Shown here piece after piece: positions 9,124 to 19,150 of a stretch of DNA of 64,000 bases (position 1 is the first letter of the stretch; every line of letters starts with the position of its first letter). The stretch lies in the IMG/VR virus record IMGVR_UViG_3300025087_000034, one strand, 5' to 3'. This DNA is from a virus (lineage: Duplodnaviria; Caudoviricetes). The position numbers were made by a program, and so were the translations under genes. A model generated the notes under the pieces. It was not told the DNA's origin. It did no database searches and saw nothing but the letters and a program-made list of their open reading frames with translations.

Positions 9124-11949
9124 ATGTCTCTAATTAAGAACATAGGCCTATTTGGGGCTAGAATGTCCAAGCCGGGTGTTCTTGGTGGTGTTATGGACGT
9201 TGTTTTGGGTACCAGGCTTTCCAGAAGAGGCAGTGTTGGGGCTGTTTTAGAGGGCCCTGTTCAGGGACATCTTAAATATAGGGGCTTGGTGGACTCTAGT
9301 GCTTTTCCTAAAAATGTTTATGCTAGACTTAAACATGATGATGCCGGAGGGTTTCTCCCTCTATATTCTGGTACGTTGGATTTGTCTGCCTTTATCAATG
9401 CTTTATTGAGAACCAGCACAGATTTATTCACAGATATTTTTGCCGAGGTTTTGTATTCGGATTTAAGGGCATTTATTTATCCTAAGGTTACCTTAGTAAC
9501 CAGTGATTTACGAAGTATAATTGTGTCGTCCTATCAAACAAGTATTAATTTATACGTTGGTATATCTGGTACTGCTCGTGTTCACACAGAGGCTCTCTCT
9601 TATACCTCTGTTTTATTGGCTACCCCATTTGGTTTTTCCATATTAAAACGTTGTTTAACTAAGTTGCCAGATTTAACGGGTAGTATTAGGGGGTGGGCTG
9701 TTTCAGATCTATCCGTGTATTCGGGTATTGGTTTTAGAGGCGAGGCTATTACATATGCCAATATACGAGGGATAGGGAAGGGTATATCTGATCTCAATGC
9801 TTATTTGGGGCCGACACGAATTAGGGATATGCTGGGTGAGCTTGTAACTATACAACCTTCTGATATTGGGGCTCTTGTTGTGGGGTATTCACCTGCTGAT
9901 CTTAATTCTTATATTTTATCTATTGAACCTAAGGAGCTAAGGGCCGTTGGGGGAGGGCATTTACCGGAAGATATTTATGCAAATTTGTTGGTTATACCAC
10001 CGAAAGATTTACCTGTTTTTATACGTTCTGGTCTTAGTGGAATGTTAGATCTTTTGTCTAGTCTTACTTCTACGGGGTATTGGGTGGATATGGGGGGTAG
10101 AATAGATGCTATGTATAGGAATTTTTCTAGCATTTTTGCAGGTATTATTGTCAGTATACCAAAAGATATTTATGCTCGTTTGTATGGTTGGGCTACTAGT
10201 GATTTAACTGTTTTTATATTAGGTGAATATACTGATAGTATGTATGCTTATATAAAGGGTATAAGTGTTGGTAATTTAAAGGATCTTGTTTCGTTTATAC
10301 GTGCTACTACTCATGTTACTATTGATGTTCTTGTCTTTGTAAAGGGTATAATAAGTGCCCATACAACAGATAAGCCATATAATTATTATTTATTTACTCA
10401 CCCCCATAGAAAGTTCTTGGTTGGATCTAGAGGTGGTTTGTCCATTATGACAATGGATCCGATTAGGGGCTATTTTCCTGATTTAAGTGCTTCTGTAGTT
10501 GCTTTTCAATTATACACGTCAACCTTTAGGGCTTTTATACGACCAGCTCTTAGACTTTCGTATGATTTGTCCACAAGTAGTTTTTCTGTTACTAAACCCC
10601 TAGTTATAAATAAGTTGGACCTAATTTTTAGGAATTTTAGTGGTTTATTTGCTGAGTTAAATGCTTTTTCTGCTTATAAAGTATTGTCTTGTTTTATACA
10701 GGGGTTTGTTTCTACTGGTACAAGTACTTCTGTTGGTGCTCATTGGATAACTTCTGCTTCTATTAGTAGGGCTTTTTTGGCTACCAATTATGGTCTTTTT
10801 ATTCCAGGGCCAGTTATAGGGGTTGTTCGTCCTATTACGTTTGTTAACAATAGCTCAACTCCAGATTTATGGGCATATGTTAGGTCATGGGCTGTTTCCG
10901 ATCTTTATTCCTCTATAAGTGTTTGGCCCTACGCAAATTTATTGGCCTCAGTGGTGTCTTTGGATTTGACACATGTGGCTATTTTAGCGGTTTTATTACA
11001 GTCGTTCACACTTTCTGATATAACGGCGGATATTTCTTCAAGTGGGGGTTTTTATGATTTGTTTTCTTCAGTTATTTCTGTAGGTAGTGTGTCTACTATT
11101 GGTGCTAGTATAAATGCTTATAGGGAAGTAAAGGGGCTTCGTTTAATACCTGTTTATACCATACCATTTTTGGAGCTAAGGGCGTTTATTAATCCTGGGG
11201 GAAGTTGTGCCCCCTTGTCTTCTTATAAAGACTTGTTATCTTTTATAAGGTGTTCTGTTAGTGGGGCTGGTAGTGGTGATTTATATGCTACTATAGATTC
11301 CTTATCTTGTATATCTGATATTTTTTCATTTATTGTAGGAAAAAAACTTACCAGAATACGTGTTATAGATTTATATTTTAATACAAGAGAAAGGTTATTT
11401 TGTAATTTATATGGACGTATTATAGGTACTCGTGCATATAATAATGATATGCAAGCCAGTATTTTGGGTTTATTCCTCAGCAGCGATTTAACTGCTACTA
11501 TACGTCCATATATACATAGGTTTAGAAATTTATCAGATAGTAGTATTATTGATATATATAAAAATGAGGGTACAACGGCTTCTTTGTATAAGAAGTTGCG
11601 GCTGTATTTCTCTTCTGGTGTTTCAGAGTATATATATGACCCAGCTAGTGGTGGGGTATATTCTATAGATAATAAGCGCTGGGTTCTTAATTTAGAAGAA
11701 GTTACCAGTACTGGTTCTTTTTTTGATAGGGGTATTAATGATAGAATTAAACGTATTAATTCCATCGTTAATTTCAATTCTACGGATGAAGCTGTGCGTT
11801 CGGCAATAGCCATGCTAGTTGATTTAAGCACTTACGACATGCAAGCAGTCGTGTCTGCTGTAGGAGGGGTCTATCATCTACAGGCTTTTGTTATAGGTAT
11901 GTCACAAGATAGGGTTATAGATTTATCTGGTAGTATTGTTTGTGTATAA
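9124..11949 (+). CDS. putative virion structural protein with degenerate 'xDLxAxIxG' repeats
   Basis: 941 aa with many short degenerate repeats (SDLRAFIYP, PDLTGSIRG, SDLNAYLGP, KDIYARLYG, KDLVSFIRA...). Confidence 0.5.
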   Translation: MSLIKNIGLFGARMSKPGVLGGVMDVVLGTRLSRRGSVGAVLEGPVQGHLKYRGLVDSSAFPKNVYARLKHDDAGGFLPLYSGTLDLSAFINALLRTSTDLFTDIFAEVLYSDLRAFIYPKVTLVTSDLRSIIVSSYQTSINLYVGISGTARVHTEALSYTSVLLATPFGFSILKRCLTKLPDLTGSIRGWAVSDLSVYSGIGFRGEAITYANIRGIGKGISDLNAYLGPTRIRDMLGELVTIQPSDIGALVVGYSPADLNSYILSIEPKELRAVGGGHLPEDIYANLLVIPPKDLPVFIRSGLSGMLDLLSSLTSTGYWVDMGGRIDAMYRNFSSIFAGIIVSIPKDIYARLYGWATSDLTVFILGEYTDSMYAYIKGISVGNLKDLVSFIRATTHVTIDVLVFVKGIISAHTTDKPYNYYLFTHPHRKFLVGSRGGLSIMTMDPIRGYFPDLSASVVAFQLYTSTFRAFIRPALRLSYDLSTSSFSVTKPLVINKLDLIFRNFSGLFAELNAFSAYKVLSCFIQGFVSTGTSTSVGAHWITSASISRAFLATNYGLFIPGPVIGVVRPITFVNNSSTPDLWAYVRSWAVSDLYSSISVWPYANLLASVVSLDLTHVAILAVLLQSFTLSDITADISSSGGFYDLFSSVISVGSVSTIGASINAYREVKGLRLIPVYTIPFLELRAFINPGGSCAPLSSYKDLLSFIRCSVSGAGSGDLYATIDSLSCISDIFSFIVGKKLTRIRVIDLYFNTRERLFCNLYGRIIGTRAYNNDMQASILGLFLSSDLTATIRPYIHRFRNLSDSSIIDIYKNEGTTASLYKKLRLYFSSGVSEYIYDPASGGVYSIDNKRWVLNLEEVTSTGSFFDRGINDRIKRINSIVNFNSTDEAVRSAIAMLVDLSTYDMQAVVSAVGGVYHLQAFVIGMSQDRVIDLSGSIVCV

Positions 11950-11955
11950 TTTTTC

Positions 11956-11984
11956 TTGTCAATTTTTTGTTTTTTTAGTATAAT
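11956..11984 (+). promoter_or_regulatory. sigma70/sigmaA-type promoter for the replication module
   Basis: TTGTCA (11956-61), 17 nt, TATAAT (11979-84); AAGGAG SD before the clamp gene. Confidence 0.8.
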
Positions 11985-12013
11985 TAATACGTGATGGTAA
12001 AAAGGAGATTTTA

Positions 12014-13153
12014 ATGCGTTTTACAGTACAACTTGTAGACTTACTTCCTGCTGTTATTGTTTTGTCCGATTTTGTGCCAATAAAGGATAGTAGTGGGGCG
12101 TTTACTTCTATTAGAGTTATTGCTAATGATAACTTTGTTAGCTTGGCTTTTAGTAGTCAAATCTGCTTCGTAAATATAAAGGTACCTGCAACAGTATTAG
12201 AGGTAGGGGATTTATCTCTTCAATTTGATCCATTAAATAAAGCTGTTAGAAGTTTTTCTCCTCTTTCTCAGGAAGGGATAGGGACTGAAAGCTTGTCCTT
12301 CGAGTTAAATGAGAGGGGGATTTTATTAAAGGCTTGCTCCTTGTATAAAGAAAAAAAGTCGTACAGTCGTAGACTTATTCCAGTCTCTCCTTCGTTTGTT
12401 CCAATGCTAAAGTCAGTAGAGGGCATGCCCTCTGTAGATATCAATGCGGACTTGTTTTCTTCTGTATTGAAGGGTATAATAGTGTCTGCGTCTGTACAGG
12501 ATGGAGGATCAGATTCAGGTGTCAGGTTTTTGGTAGAAGGAAGTAACTTTGTTTGTGCTTCCACGAATAGGGTTACTTTGACAGAGGCTGGAGGGGAAAA
12601 CGATTCTTCTATAGATGGTTCCCTTTCTTGTGTTTTAGATAGCCCTATGGTTGCCAAGATTGTAAAAACTATAGTAAAAATGAGGGACAGTGAGTACGAT
12701 TCCGTAACTTTGTTTTTTAGTGACAACGCACTTGTGGTATCTTTTGCTGGGGTCTTTTTAAAGGCAGCTATATCAACCCTAGTCTTTCCTGATTATGAGC
12801 CCTTATTCCAAGGATTTAAAAACCACTTTGACATAGAAGCGAAGATTCTTTCAGAGAATATTCGTAACTTAGCTTTTAGTGCTTCAAAGAGTGACGATTA
12901 TAGAGTATCTCTGTTTCTAAAAAGTGGGCAGTTATCTGTGTTTTCTAATGAAAGTGAGAATAGTGGTATAAATATAGAGGGGTTCTTAGGGGAGTTAGCT
13001 ATAGATTTTAATTGTTTCCTTCTTGAGCCTATAGTTAGCAATGCTGGCTATGGTGTGGTTAGGATATGGTTTAAGGACAATATTTCCCCTGTTTATCTAG
13101 AGTTTATAAAAAATGATATTAAAATAAGGTCTTTAGTAGCTTCATTAGGTTAA
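12014..13153 (+). CDS. dnaN: DNA polymerase III beta-type sliding clamp
   Basis: 379 aa, three-domain clamp size, with 'STNRVTL' (tDg.Rl-like), 'FPDYEPL' and 'IDFNCFLLEPI' motifs typical of DnaN. Confidence 0.8.
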   Translation: MRFTVQLVDLLPAVIVLSDFVPIKDSSGAFTSIRVIANDNFVSLAFSSQICFVNIKVPATVLEVGDLSLQFDPLNKAVRSFSPLSQEGIGTESLSFELNERGILLKACSLYKEKKSYSRRLIPVSPSFVPMLKSVEGMPSVDINADLFSSVLKGIIVSASVQDGGSDSGVRFLVEGSNFVCASTNRVTLTEAGGENDSSIDGSLSCVLDSPMVAKIVKTIVKMRDSEYDSVTLFFSDNALVVSFAGVFLKAAISTLVFPDYEPLFQGFKNHFDIEAKILSENIRNLAFSASKSDDYRVSLFLKSGQLSVFSNESENSGINIEGFLGELAIDFNCFLLEPIVSNAGYGVVRIWFKDNISPVYLEFIKNDIKIRSLVASLG

Positions 13154-13155
13154 AA

Positions 13156-13731
13156 ATGTCTAAACAGTCAACAATTTTTTCGGGCGCCGAAAAAAATATT
13201 ACTGAACAAGATTGTATTGACATATTAAAAGAAAAAAACTATATAATAATAAAGCTAGACGATTTAGACACAACACAGGTTAAAACAGCTAAGGAGCTAG
13301 TTTCTTTTTTCTATGCTACTTTATCTTTTTATAATAGGTCAAGATTATTACATTATGGGAAGACAACAAAAAAAGATTTAAAGTTAGCTTCATCTTTTAT
13401 AAAGATAAGACAAGAAGAAGCCGGTCTTAGTAAGGGTAGGGCTGTACAAGAATGTGCCATGATAGTAAGGTGTGTAATAGCAAATGAACCAAAGTTTTCT
13501 CTTTCTGAGCCGTTACATAATATGGAATGTTTTGGACAGGAAAATATGCGGTGGGTTACTGATAAAGCAATAAGCATAATAAACGGGGAGAATAAGAAGA
13601 TAGAAGAGGAAAAATATAATAAGTATATAGAAGATCTTTATGGTGCGCAAGAAAAAATAGCCATTGAAAATATAGATAATAAACATGTAGAAAATCTTAA
13701 GGATATTTTAGGAGATTTAGAAAATGGGTAG
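13156..13731 (+). CDS. hypothetical protein (replication cluster)
   Basis: 191-aa charged ORF coupled between dnaN and recA. Confidence 0.6.
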   Translation: MSKQSTIFSGAEKNITEQDCIDILKEKNYIIIKLDDLDTTQVKTAKELVSFFYATLSFYNRSRLLHYGKTTKKDLKLASSFIKIRQEEAGLSKGRAVQECAMIVRCVIANEPKFSLSEPLHNMECFGQENMRWVTDKAISIINGENKKIEEEKYNKYIEDLYGAQEKIAIENIDNKHVENLKDILGDLENG

Positions 13732-14770
13732 AAAGAAAGAAGCAACAGAAACTGTAGATATAGTTGAAGAAACCAAGAAGAATAAAAACAGTGCATTAGA
13801 TTTAGCGTTTAATCAGATAAATAAAAAGCACGGTAGTGTTCTAAAATGGCTTAGTGATGTTCCCTCCGGTTACGAATTTATTTCTACTGGGTCTATTTCT
13901 ATGGATCATGCTTTGGGAGGAGGTTTTCCTAGGGGTCGTATGATAGAAATATTTGGGGAGGAGTCTACAGGAAAGAGTACTGTGGCACTAGGTGCCTCAG
14001 CTTGTGCAAATAGAATGGGCTTGAAGGTTCTTTACATAGATTGTGAAAGGGCCATAGATAGAAAATTGGTAGCCGGTTATGGAGTTGATCCTTCTATGTT
14101 TTTACTAGACAATGTTTCTTTGTCTATGGAAGAACATTTTGATGTTGTATATGGATTATTGGGCACCGGTGAGATAGGGATGGTGGTTGTAGATAGTGTC
14201 CCTAGTCTTATACCAAAAGCTGAGCTTGCGGGTGACGCTGGGGATTCACATGTAGGGTTGCAGGCTCGGTTTTTGAGCCAGGAGTGTCGCAGAATTGTTA
14301 ATATGATAGGGGAGTCTAATACTCTGTTTATTTTCATAAATCAGCTGCGCGAAAAAGTAATGGCTTATGGTGATCCTAGAGTTACTCCTGGGGGTAAGGC
14401 TATAAAATTTTATAGCACTCATAGGGTTAGTGTTGATGGGAGTGGCAAAACCAAGAGTGCCAGAATATTAGATGACAAGGGTGTTCTTATAGGTCATAAA
14501 ATGTCCTATCAGGTTGTAAAAAACAAAATTAGTGCTCCCTTTAGGTCTGGTTCTGTTGACTTAATTTATGGTAAAGGGTTTGATAAGACTTCCGAGTTGG
14601 TTGATTTGTCAACGGATTTAGGTATAATACAGCTTGGTGGGGCTTGGTATACTATACCGGAGGTTGGAGAGAAAATACAGGGTCGTGACAGTGTAAAAGC
14701 CTATTTTGATAGTAATCCGGACTTTATGGCCCGAGTTGAGAAACAGATCCGCGAAATGCTTGCCTTATGA
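13724..14770 (+). CDS. recA: RecA recombinase
   Basis: FISTGS..MDHALGGGFPRGRMIEIFG, Walker A GEESTGKST, VVVDSV, FIFINQLREK, TPGGKAIKFY. Confidence 0.95.
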   Translation: MGRKKEATETVDIVEETKKNKNSALDLAFNQINKKHGSVLKWLSDVPSGYEFISTGSISMDHALGGGFPRGRMIEIFGEESTGKSTVALGASACANRMGLKVLYIDCERAIDRKLVAGYGVDPSMFLLDNVSLSMEEHFDVVYGLLGTGEIGMVVVDSVPSLIPKAELAGDAGDSHVGLQARFLSQECRRIVNMIGESNTLFIFINQLREKVMAYGDPRVTPGGKAIKFYSTHRVSVDGSGKTKSARILDDKGVLIGHKMSYQVVKNKISAPFRSGSVDLIYGKGFDKTSELVDLSTDLGIIQLGGAWYTIPEVGEKIQGRDSVKAYFDSNPDFMARVEKQIREMLAL

Positions 14771-15111
14771 GTTTAGTAGCAGATAAAGTGCATGAGCTTC
14801 TTATTGGTGCTTTCCCTTTTGCTCGTATTGTTAAAGAATATTCAATTGAATATAAGGGAAAAAGAATGTTTGTAGATTTTTTCTTACCTTCATATTCTAT
14901 AGCCGTGGAGGTACATGGTCAACAGCATGACAAGTTTGTTCAACATTTTCATGTTGACGAGGCGGGGTGGAGAAACCATCGCTATAGAGACAGAGCTAAA
15001 GAAGAGTGGGCCTCTTTAAATAATATAACTTTGGTTATTATACATGAGAATGAGGTACCAAAAACTAAGGAAGGTCTTATAGGACTAATTGAGGAGGTTT
15101 GTTATGGTTGA
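14767..15111 (+). CDS. DUF559/Vsr-like PD-(D/E)XK endonuclease
   Basis: VDFFLP...IAVEVHGQQH...RDRAKEEWA...ITLVII pattern. Confidence 0.65.
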   Translation: MSLVADKVHELLIGAFPFARIVKEYSIEYKGKRMFVDFFLPSYSIAVEVHGQQHDKFVQHFHVDEAGWRNHRYRDRAKEEWASLNNITLVIIHENEVPKTKEGLIGLIEEVCYG

Positions 15112-15577
15112 TGACTTATGGAGTGAGCTTGGTATTTTTTCTGAAAAATTTATGTTTAATAGGGTTACTCCTAATAGCACATTACTAGAGGAGGTTCTTT
15201 CTTTGGATGCTGCTCGATTGGATACTGTAGAGGCTACTACATTAAGAAAATATATTGTTGTATTAGCCCAGTATTTTATTACATTGCAGTTCGAAGAAAA
15301 CTCTGTTGTGGCTGTTGGAAATGCGTGGAGAAATTCCTTGGAGTCTCGCATTTTTAGTGTTCTTAGACAGGATCCTTTGGGTAAAATAAAAACTGTTGCC
15401 GAGAAACGAGGTTTTATTATAGAGACAGACGAGGAGGCTGGACAGTTAGAGCAACAGGGTAGGGTAGCTGACGCAAAGAGGGACCTTATAAAAGGGATGT
15501 CAAAGCCGGTAGAGCAGTATATACAGGTTCTAAAGAAAGAAATAGAGGCTAGGGAAAATGAGAAAACTAGAGGATAG
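15104..15577 (+). CDS. coiled-coil protein, possibly a UvsY-like recombination mediator
   Basis: ATG 15104 after GAGGAGG. Helical 157 aa between recA and dnaB; the UvsY resemblance is inferred from context only. Confidence 0.4.
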   Translation: MVDDLWSELGIFSEKFMFNRVTPNSTLLEEVLSLDAARLDTVEATTLRKYIVVLAQYFITLQFEENSVVAVGNAWRNSLESRIFSVLRQDPLGKIKTVAEKRGFIIETDEEAGQLEQQGRVADAKRDLIKGMSKPVEQYIQVLKKEIEARENEKTRG

Positions 15578-16988
15578 TATTTCAGTAAATGTGCCTTCAG
15601 CCGATTGGTATTCAAAGCCAGCGGCTGAGAGAGCTTTGCTATCTTTATGCTTACAAAATTATTCAACTTTTATTGATGTTTCCTCAAAACTTTTTCATGA
15701 GGATTTTCTGGACCCAGGAAACCGTGCTTTATTTATAACTATGTTATCTGTGCATTCTTTGGGTACAGAAGAGTTCGATTTGCCTACTGTTATTTCTTTT
15801 GCTGAGAATATGGGCGTTTTAGAAGATATAGGGGGCTATAAATATATAGACGCTCTTTTTAGGTCAGAGATTAGTCAGTCAAATTTAGAGGTGTATGTAA
15901 AACAAGTTCTAGATGCCTCTTTGTTATTTAAGCTGGAGAGGGTCTTAAGATTGAATGTTGAGTCTGTAAAAACTAGTGTTTCTGAAAATAAGACGGCTTC
16001 TGAGGTTATGTCGTCTGTGGAAAACCAGATTTTGAATCTTTCTTTGGATACATTAAAGGTTGATGATGGACAAGATTTGGTAGCTGGTCTGGAGGAAAGG
16101 TTAAAAGAATTTGAATCAAACCCAGCCGCTGTTAGAGGTATAAGGTGTGGTTTCGAAGTACTGGACCGCACTATAAACGGGTTTAAGCCAGGGACTTTAT
16201 CAATTTTGGCCGCGCGGCCAAAAACAGGAAAAAGTACATTGTTATTAAATTGGGGTATACATATTTGTTTACATGAAAAACTTCCTGTATTATATTTAGA
16301 TACAGAAATGAGTAAAGAAGAACAACAGACAAGAGCTTTATCAATCATATCAGGTGTTCCTGAACGTGTAATACTTAATGGGCTTTACATTAATGACGAG
16401 AATGTTATGAAGTCTGTATACTATGGTGTAGAAATAATGAATAAAATGAAATTTATCCATAAATACACACCAGGGTATAGAATAGAAGAACTTAAGGGCT
16501 TAATACGGAAGTATAAAGCTAAAAATAATATAGGTGTATTTATATATGATTACATCAAAATGACAGATATGGAAGATAAGTTTAACGAAACCCAAACTCT
16601 TGGATATATAACAAGTGGTTTGAAGGACACGGCGGGTATATTGGGTATAGCTGGAATATCTGCGGTGCAATTAAACCGTGGGGCTGAGGGGAAATCATTG
16701 GTTGGTTCCGGGGACATTGCCGATTCGGATAAAATTTTGAGATATTGTTCTACATTGATGGCTATGAGTAGAAAAACAAGGGCAGAAATAGATAAAGAGG
16801 GGGGTAGAAGTGGGACACATCGTTTACAAATTCTTGACAGCAGAGGCAGCAGAAGCTTATATAGTGGTATAGACTTGGAAGTTAATTTTCCCACATTGAC
16901 AATAAAAGAAGCCAGAGCACAGTCTTCAGCTGCATTTTTGGAACAAAAACAACTTGAGGAAGAAGTTACAAAATTAGGAGGAAGATAG
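15558..16988 (+). CDS. dnaB: replicative DNA helicase DnaB
   Basis: AERALL N-domain, Walker A ARPKTGKST, LYLDTEMS, FIYDYI, AVQLNR. No intein. Confidence 0.93.
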   Translation: MRKLEDSISVNVPSADWYSKPAAERALLSLCLQNYSTFIDVSSKLFHEDFLDPGNRALFITMLSVHSLGTEEFDLPTVISFAENMGVLEDIGGYKYIDALFRSEISQSNLEVYVKQVLDASLLFKLERVLRLNVESVKTSVSENKTASEVMSSVENQILNLSLDTLKVDDGQDLVAGLEERLKEFESNPAAVRGIRCGFEVLDRTINGFKPGTLSILAARPKTGKSTLLLNWGIHICLHEKLPVLYLDTEMSKEEQQTRALSIISGVPERVILNGLYINDENVMKSVYYGVEIMNKMKFIHKYTPGYRIEELKGLIRKYKAKNNIGVFIYDYIKMTDMEDKFNETQTLGYITSGLKDTAGILGIAGISAVQLNRGAEGKSLVGSGDIADSDKILRYCSTLMAMSRKTRAEIDKEGGRSGTHRLQILDSRGSRSLYSGIDLEVNFPTLTIKEARAQSSAAFLEQKQLEEEVTKLGGR

Positions 16989-17399
16989 ATGTCAACATTA
17001 GTTACTGTTCTTATTGCTCTAGGGATTGTTTTAGTGGTTGGTTTTCTTGTTTTTGTGATTTATAAGTGGGGAGCTAAAAATCCCGTTGTAGCCGGTGGTG
17101 TTTTAGGACTATTATCAGCGGTATCCTTCTATTTGAGGGGCATGTTTAAGGACGACCCAGATAAGTTGGATGCTCATGATTTTATGGTGTTATTCGATTT
17201 ACTTTCTAAGGTGGGGTTAGAGGCACTTAAGCTTAAGAAGGAGGGAAAGCCCTTTGTTGAAGCTAAGGAACTTATTACAGAAAAAGTAAAGGAGGTTGTT
17301 GAGACCGTTCCTGCGTTTAGAAACAAAGTACCAGATGAAACAGTAGACAGTATTGCCAAAGTAATTTTTGATGTTCTTGGTTATGTGCCAGGAGTTTAA
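16989..17399 (+). CDS. two-TM membrane protein (holin-like?)
   Basis: Two N-terminal hydrophobic helices followed by a charged soluble domain. Confidence 0.5.
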   Translation: MSTLVTVLIALGIVLVVGFLVFVIYKWGAKNPVVAGGVLGLLSAVSFYLRGMFKDDPDKLDAHDFMVLFDLLSKVGLEALKLKKEGKPFVEAKELITEKVKEVVETVPAFRNKVPDETVDSIAKVIFDVLGYVPGV

Positions 17400-17437
17400 T
17401 CTCTTATTTTCGCGGCGAAAGCCGCACAAGAGGTAAA

Positions 17438-18466
17438 ATGGATACTTTAACATTAGAAAAGATAAAGGCTAGTGTGGACCCAGATACTTTATTATTGAGT
17501 CTTGGGTTTGTGGCCCATTATTCCAATGAGACGGAAATACGGTGTGCTTGTATTTTGCATGGAGGAGATAATAAAACAGCTTTTTGTTTCAAAAAAGAGT
17601 CGAAGAGATTTTGTTGTTACACACACGGGTGTGAGCTGGATTCTACGGGAAGACTGGACAATGATGTTGTCGCGCTGGTAATGAAGACAAATAAATGCTC
17701 TTTTGTAGAGGCAATAAAGTATCTTAGTATGTTGACGGGTATTTCTATTGATAATTCTTCTCACCAAGATGAGGACATACTTAAACATAAAAAGAAGCTA
17801 GAAAAAGACAGCTTCATACGGTTCATGGAAGATGACACTACCGTGCAGGAAATACCAGAAAGTATTATGGAAAAGTACGAAAAAAATGGTGCAGAATATT
17901 TTTATGGGCTGGGAATATCTGAGGATATTATAAGTAAGTATCGTTTAGGGTCTGGGTATGATAGTAAAGGGGTACATAGAGGAATGATCCCTATATTGGA
18001 CGAACACGGAAGGCTAGTGGGTGTTAGTGGAAGGCGAACAGACAATGAAAAAGCCTCTAAATACTTATTAATGGAGAAATTTCAAAAAAGAAAAATACTT
18101 TATAATTTAAATAATGCATTAGAGTTTACAAATAAATACAAACAATCTATAATAATAGTAGAAGGATTCAAGGTTTGTTGGCATGTTTCTTCATCTGGGT
18201 TTCCAAATGTTGTTGCTATAATGGGTAAGTCAATAAGGCCAGAACAAGTTAACTTGTTAGTTAAATATGGAATATTTAATGTTATATTATTATTGGATGG
18301 GGATGATGAAGGAAAAAAAGGGATGGAGGTCTCAAGAAAACTGTTGGACAGAGGGAAGATAAATGTACTACCAATTTATTTACCTGATAAAAAATCACCG
18401 GATGATTTTTCTTGTGAAGAAATTAGTAGTTTGATCTCAATGTTTTTGGATTCTATAGGAGGCTAG
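17438..18466 (+). CDS. dnaG: DNA primase (CHC2 zinc finger + TOPRIM)
   Basis: CACILHGGDNKTAF...CYTHGC zinc finger; IIVEGF and LLLDGDDEG TOPRIM motifs. Confidence 0.92.
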   Translation: MDTLTLEKIKASVDPDTLLLSLGFVAHYSNETEIRCACILHGGDNKTAFCFKKESKRFCCYTHGCELDSTGRLDNDVVALVMKTNKCSFVEAIKYLSMLTGISIDNSSHQDEDILKHKKKLEKDSFIRFMEDDTTVQEIPESIMEKYEKNGAEYFYGLGISEDIISKYRLGSGYDSKGVHRGMIPILDEHGRLVGVSGRRTDNEKASKYLLMEKFQKRKILYNLNNALEFTNKYKQSIIIVEGFKVCWHVSSSGFPNVVAIMGKSIRPEQVNLLVKYGIFNVILLLDGDDEGKKGMEVSRKLLDRGKINVLPIYLPDKKSPDDFSCEEISSLISMFLDSIGG

Positions 18467-18468
18467 TT

Positions 18469-18804
18469 ATGGAAGGTTTAAATTACGTTCGTATGAGGGG
18501 TTTTTTGAGGAGACCAAAGGCGGGTTTTACGCCCACCGGGTATTCAAAGTTTAGTGCTTCTTTAGCGGTCCCTGTTACGTATAAGAAAGGCGGAGAAGAG
18601 GTTAGTTCTCTTATATACCATAATGTAAGCGCGTGGGGGGATACGGCCGAGGCTCTGGCGGAGCTGGCGGAGGAAACCCCTCTCGAGATAGAGGGACACA
18701 TTAATAGCCGTTCGTATGATTCTCCTTGTAAATCGTGTGGTGCTGTTGAAAAGAAATACTGGGTTGAGATTCAGGTTGGTAATTTCACTATTGTCTTTGA
18801 CTAG
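18469..18804 (+). CDS. ssb: single-stranded DNA-binding protein with CxxC insertion
   Basis: NYVRMRG.L, YHNVSAWG..AE, LEIEGHINSRSY OB-fold pattern. No acidic DDIPF tail. Confidence 0.8.
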   Translation: MEGLNYVRMRGFLRRPKAGFTPTGYSKFSASLAVPVTYKKGGEEVSSLIYHNVSAWGDTAEALAELAEETPLEIEGHINSRSYDSPCKSCGAVEKKYWVEIQVGNFTIVFD

Positions 18805-18814
18805 GAGACTCGAG

Positions 18815-19150
18815 ATGAATGATATTTTGTTTGGTGTCGCTGGGCCTGTTTTTATGAAGGCAGCAAGGTATAAGAGGGAGCACGTTAGTGGCCCCCACGC
18901 GTTAGAGGTTTGCTTGGATAAGATGTCGAACACAGTAATAGATAAAACTATAGAAAACGATGTTCGTATTGACTTTTCTTTGCTGGTTCGTTTACTTTTT
19001 GATCAAGTTAAGTATCCAGATCTAAAAGAAGGGGAATACTTTGTAATTAGTGGACTATTGTTGGAGGATAATTTCGGGTCAGTAACTATAGTTGGTAATG
19101 TAGTAAAGCTTTTGGAGGAGGGTTTTTATGTTAACAAAACAGACGATTGA
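18815..19150 (+). CDS. hypothetical protein, possible OB fold
   Basis: ATG 18815 after AGGAG; LKEGEYFVISGLL resembles OB-fold beta4. Confidence 0.45.
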   Translation: MNDILFGVAGPVFMKAARYKREHVSGPHALEVCLDKMSNTVIDKTIENDVRIDFSLLVRLLFDQVKYPDLKEGEYFVISGLLLEDNFGSVTIVGNVVKLLEEGFYVNKTDD

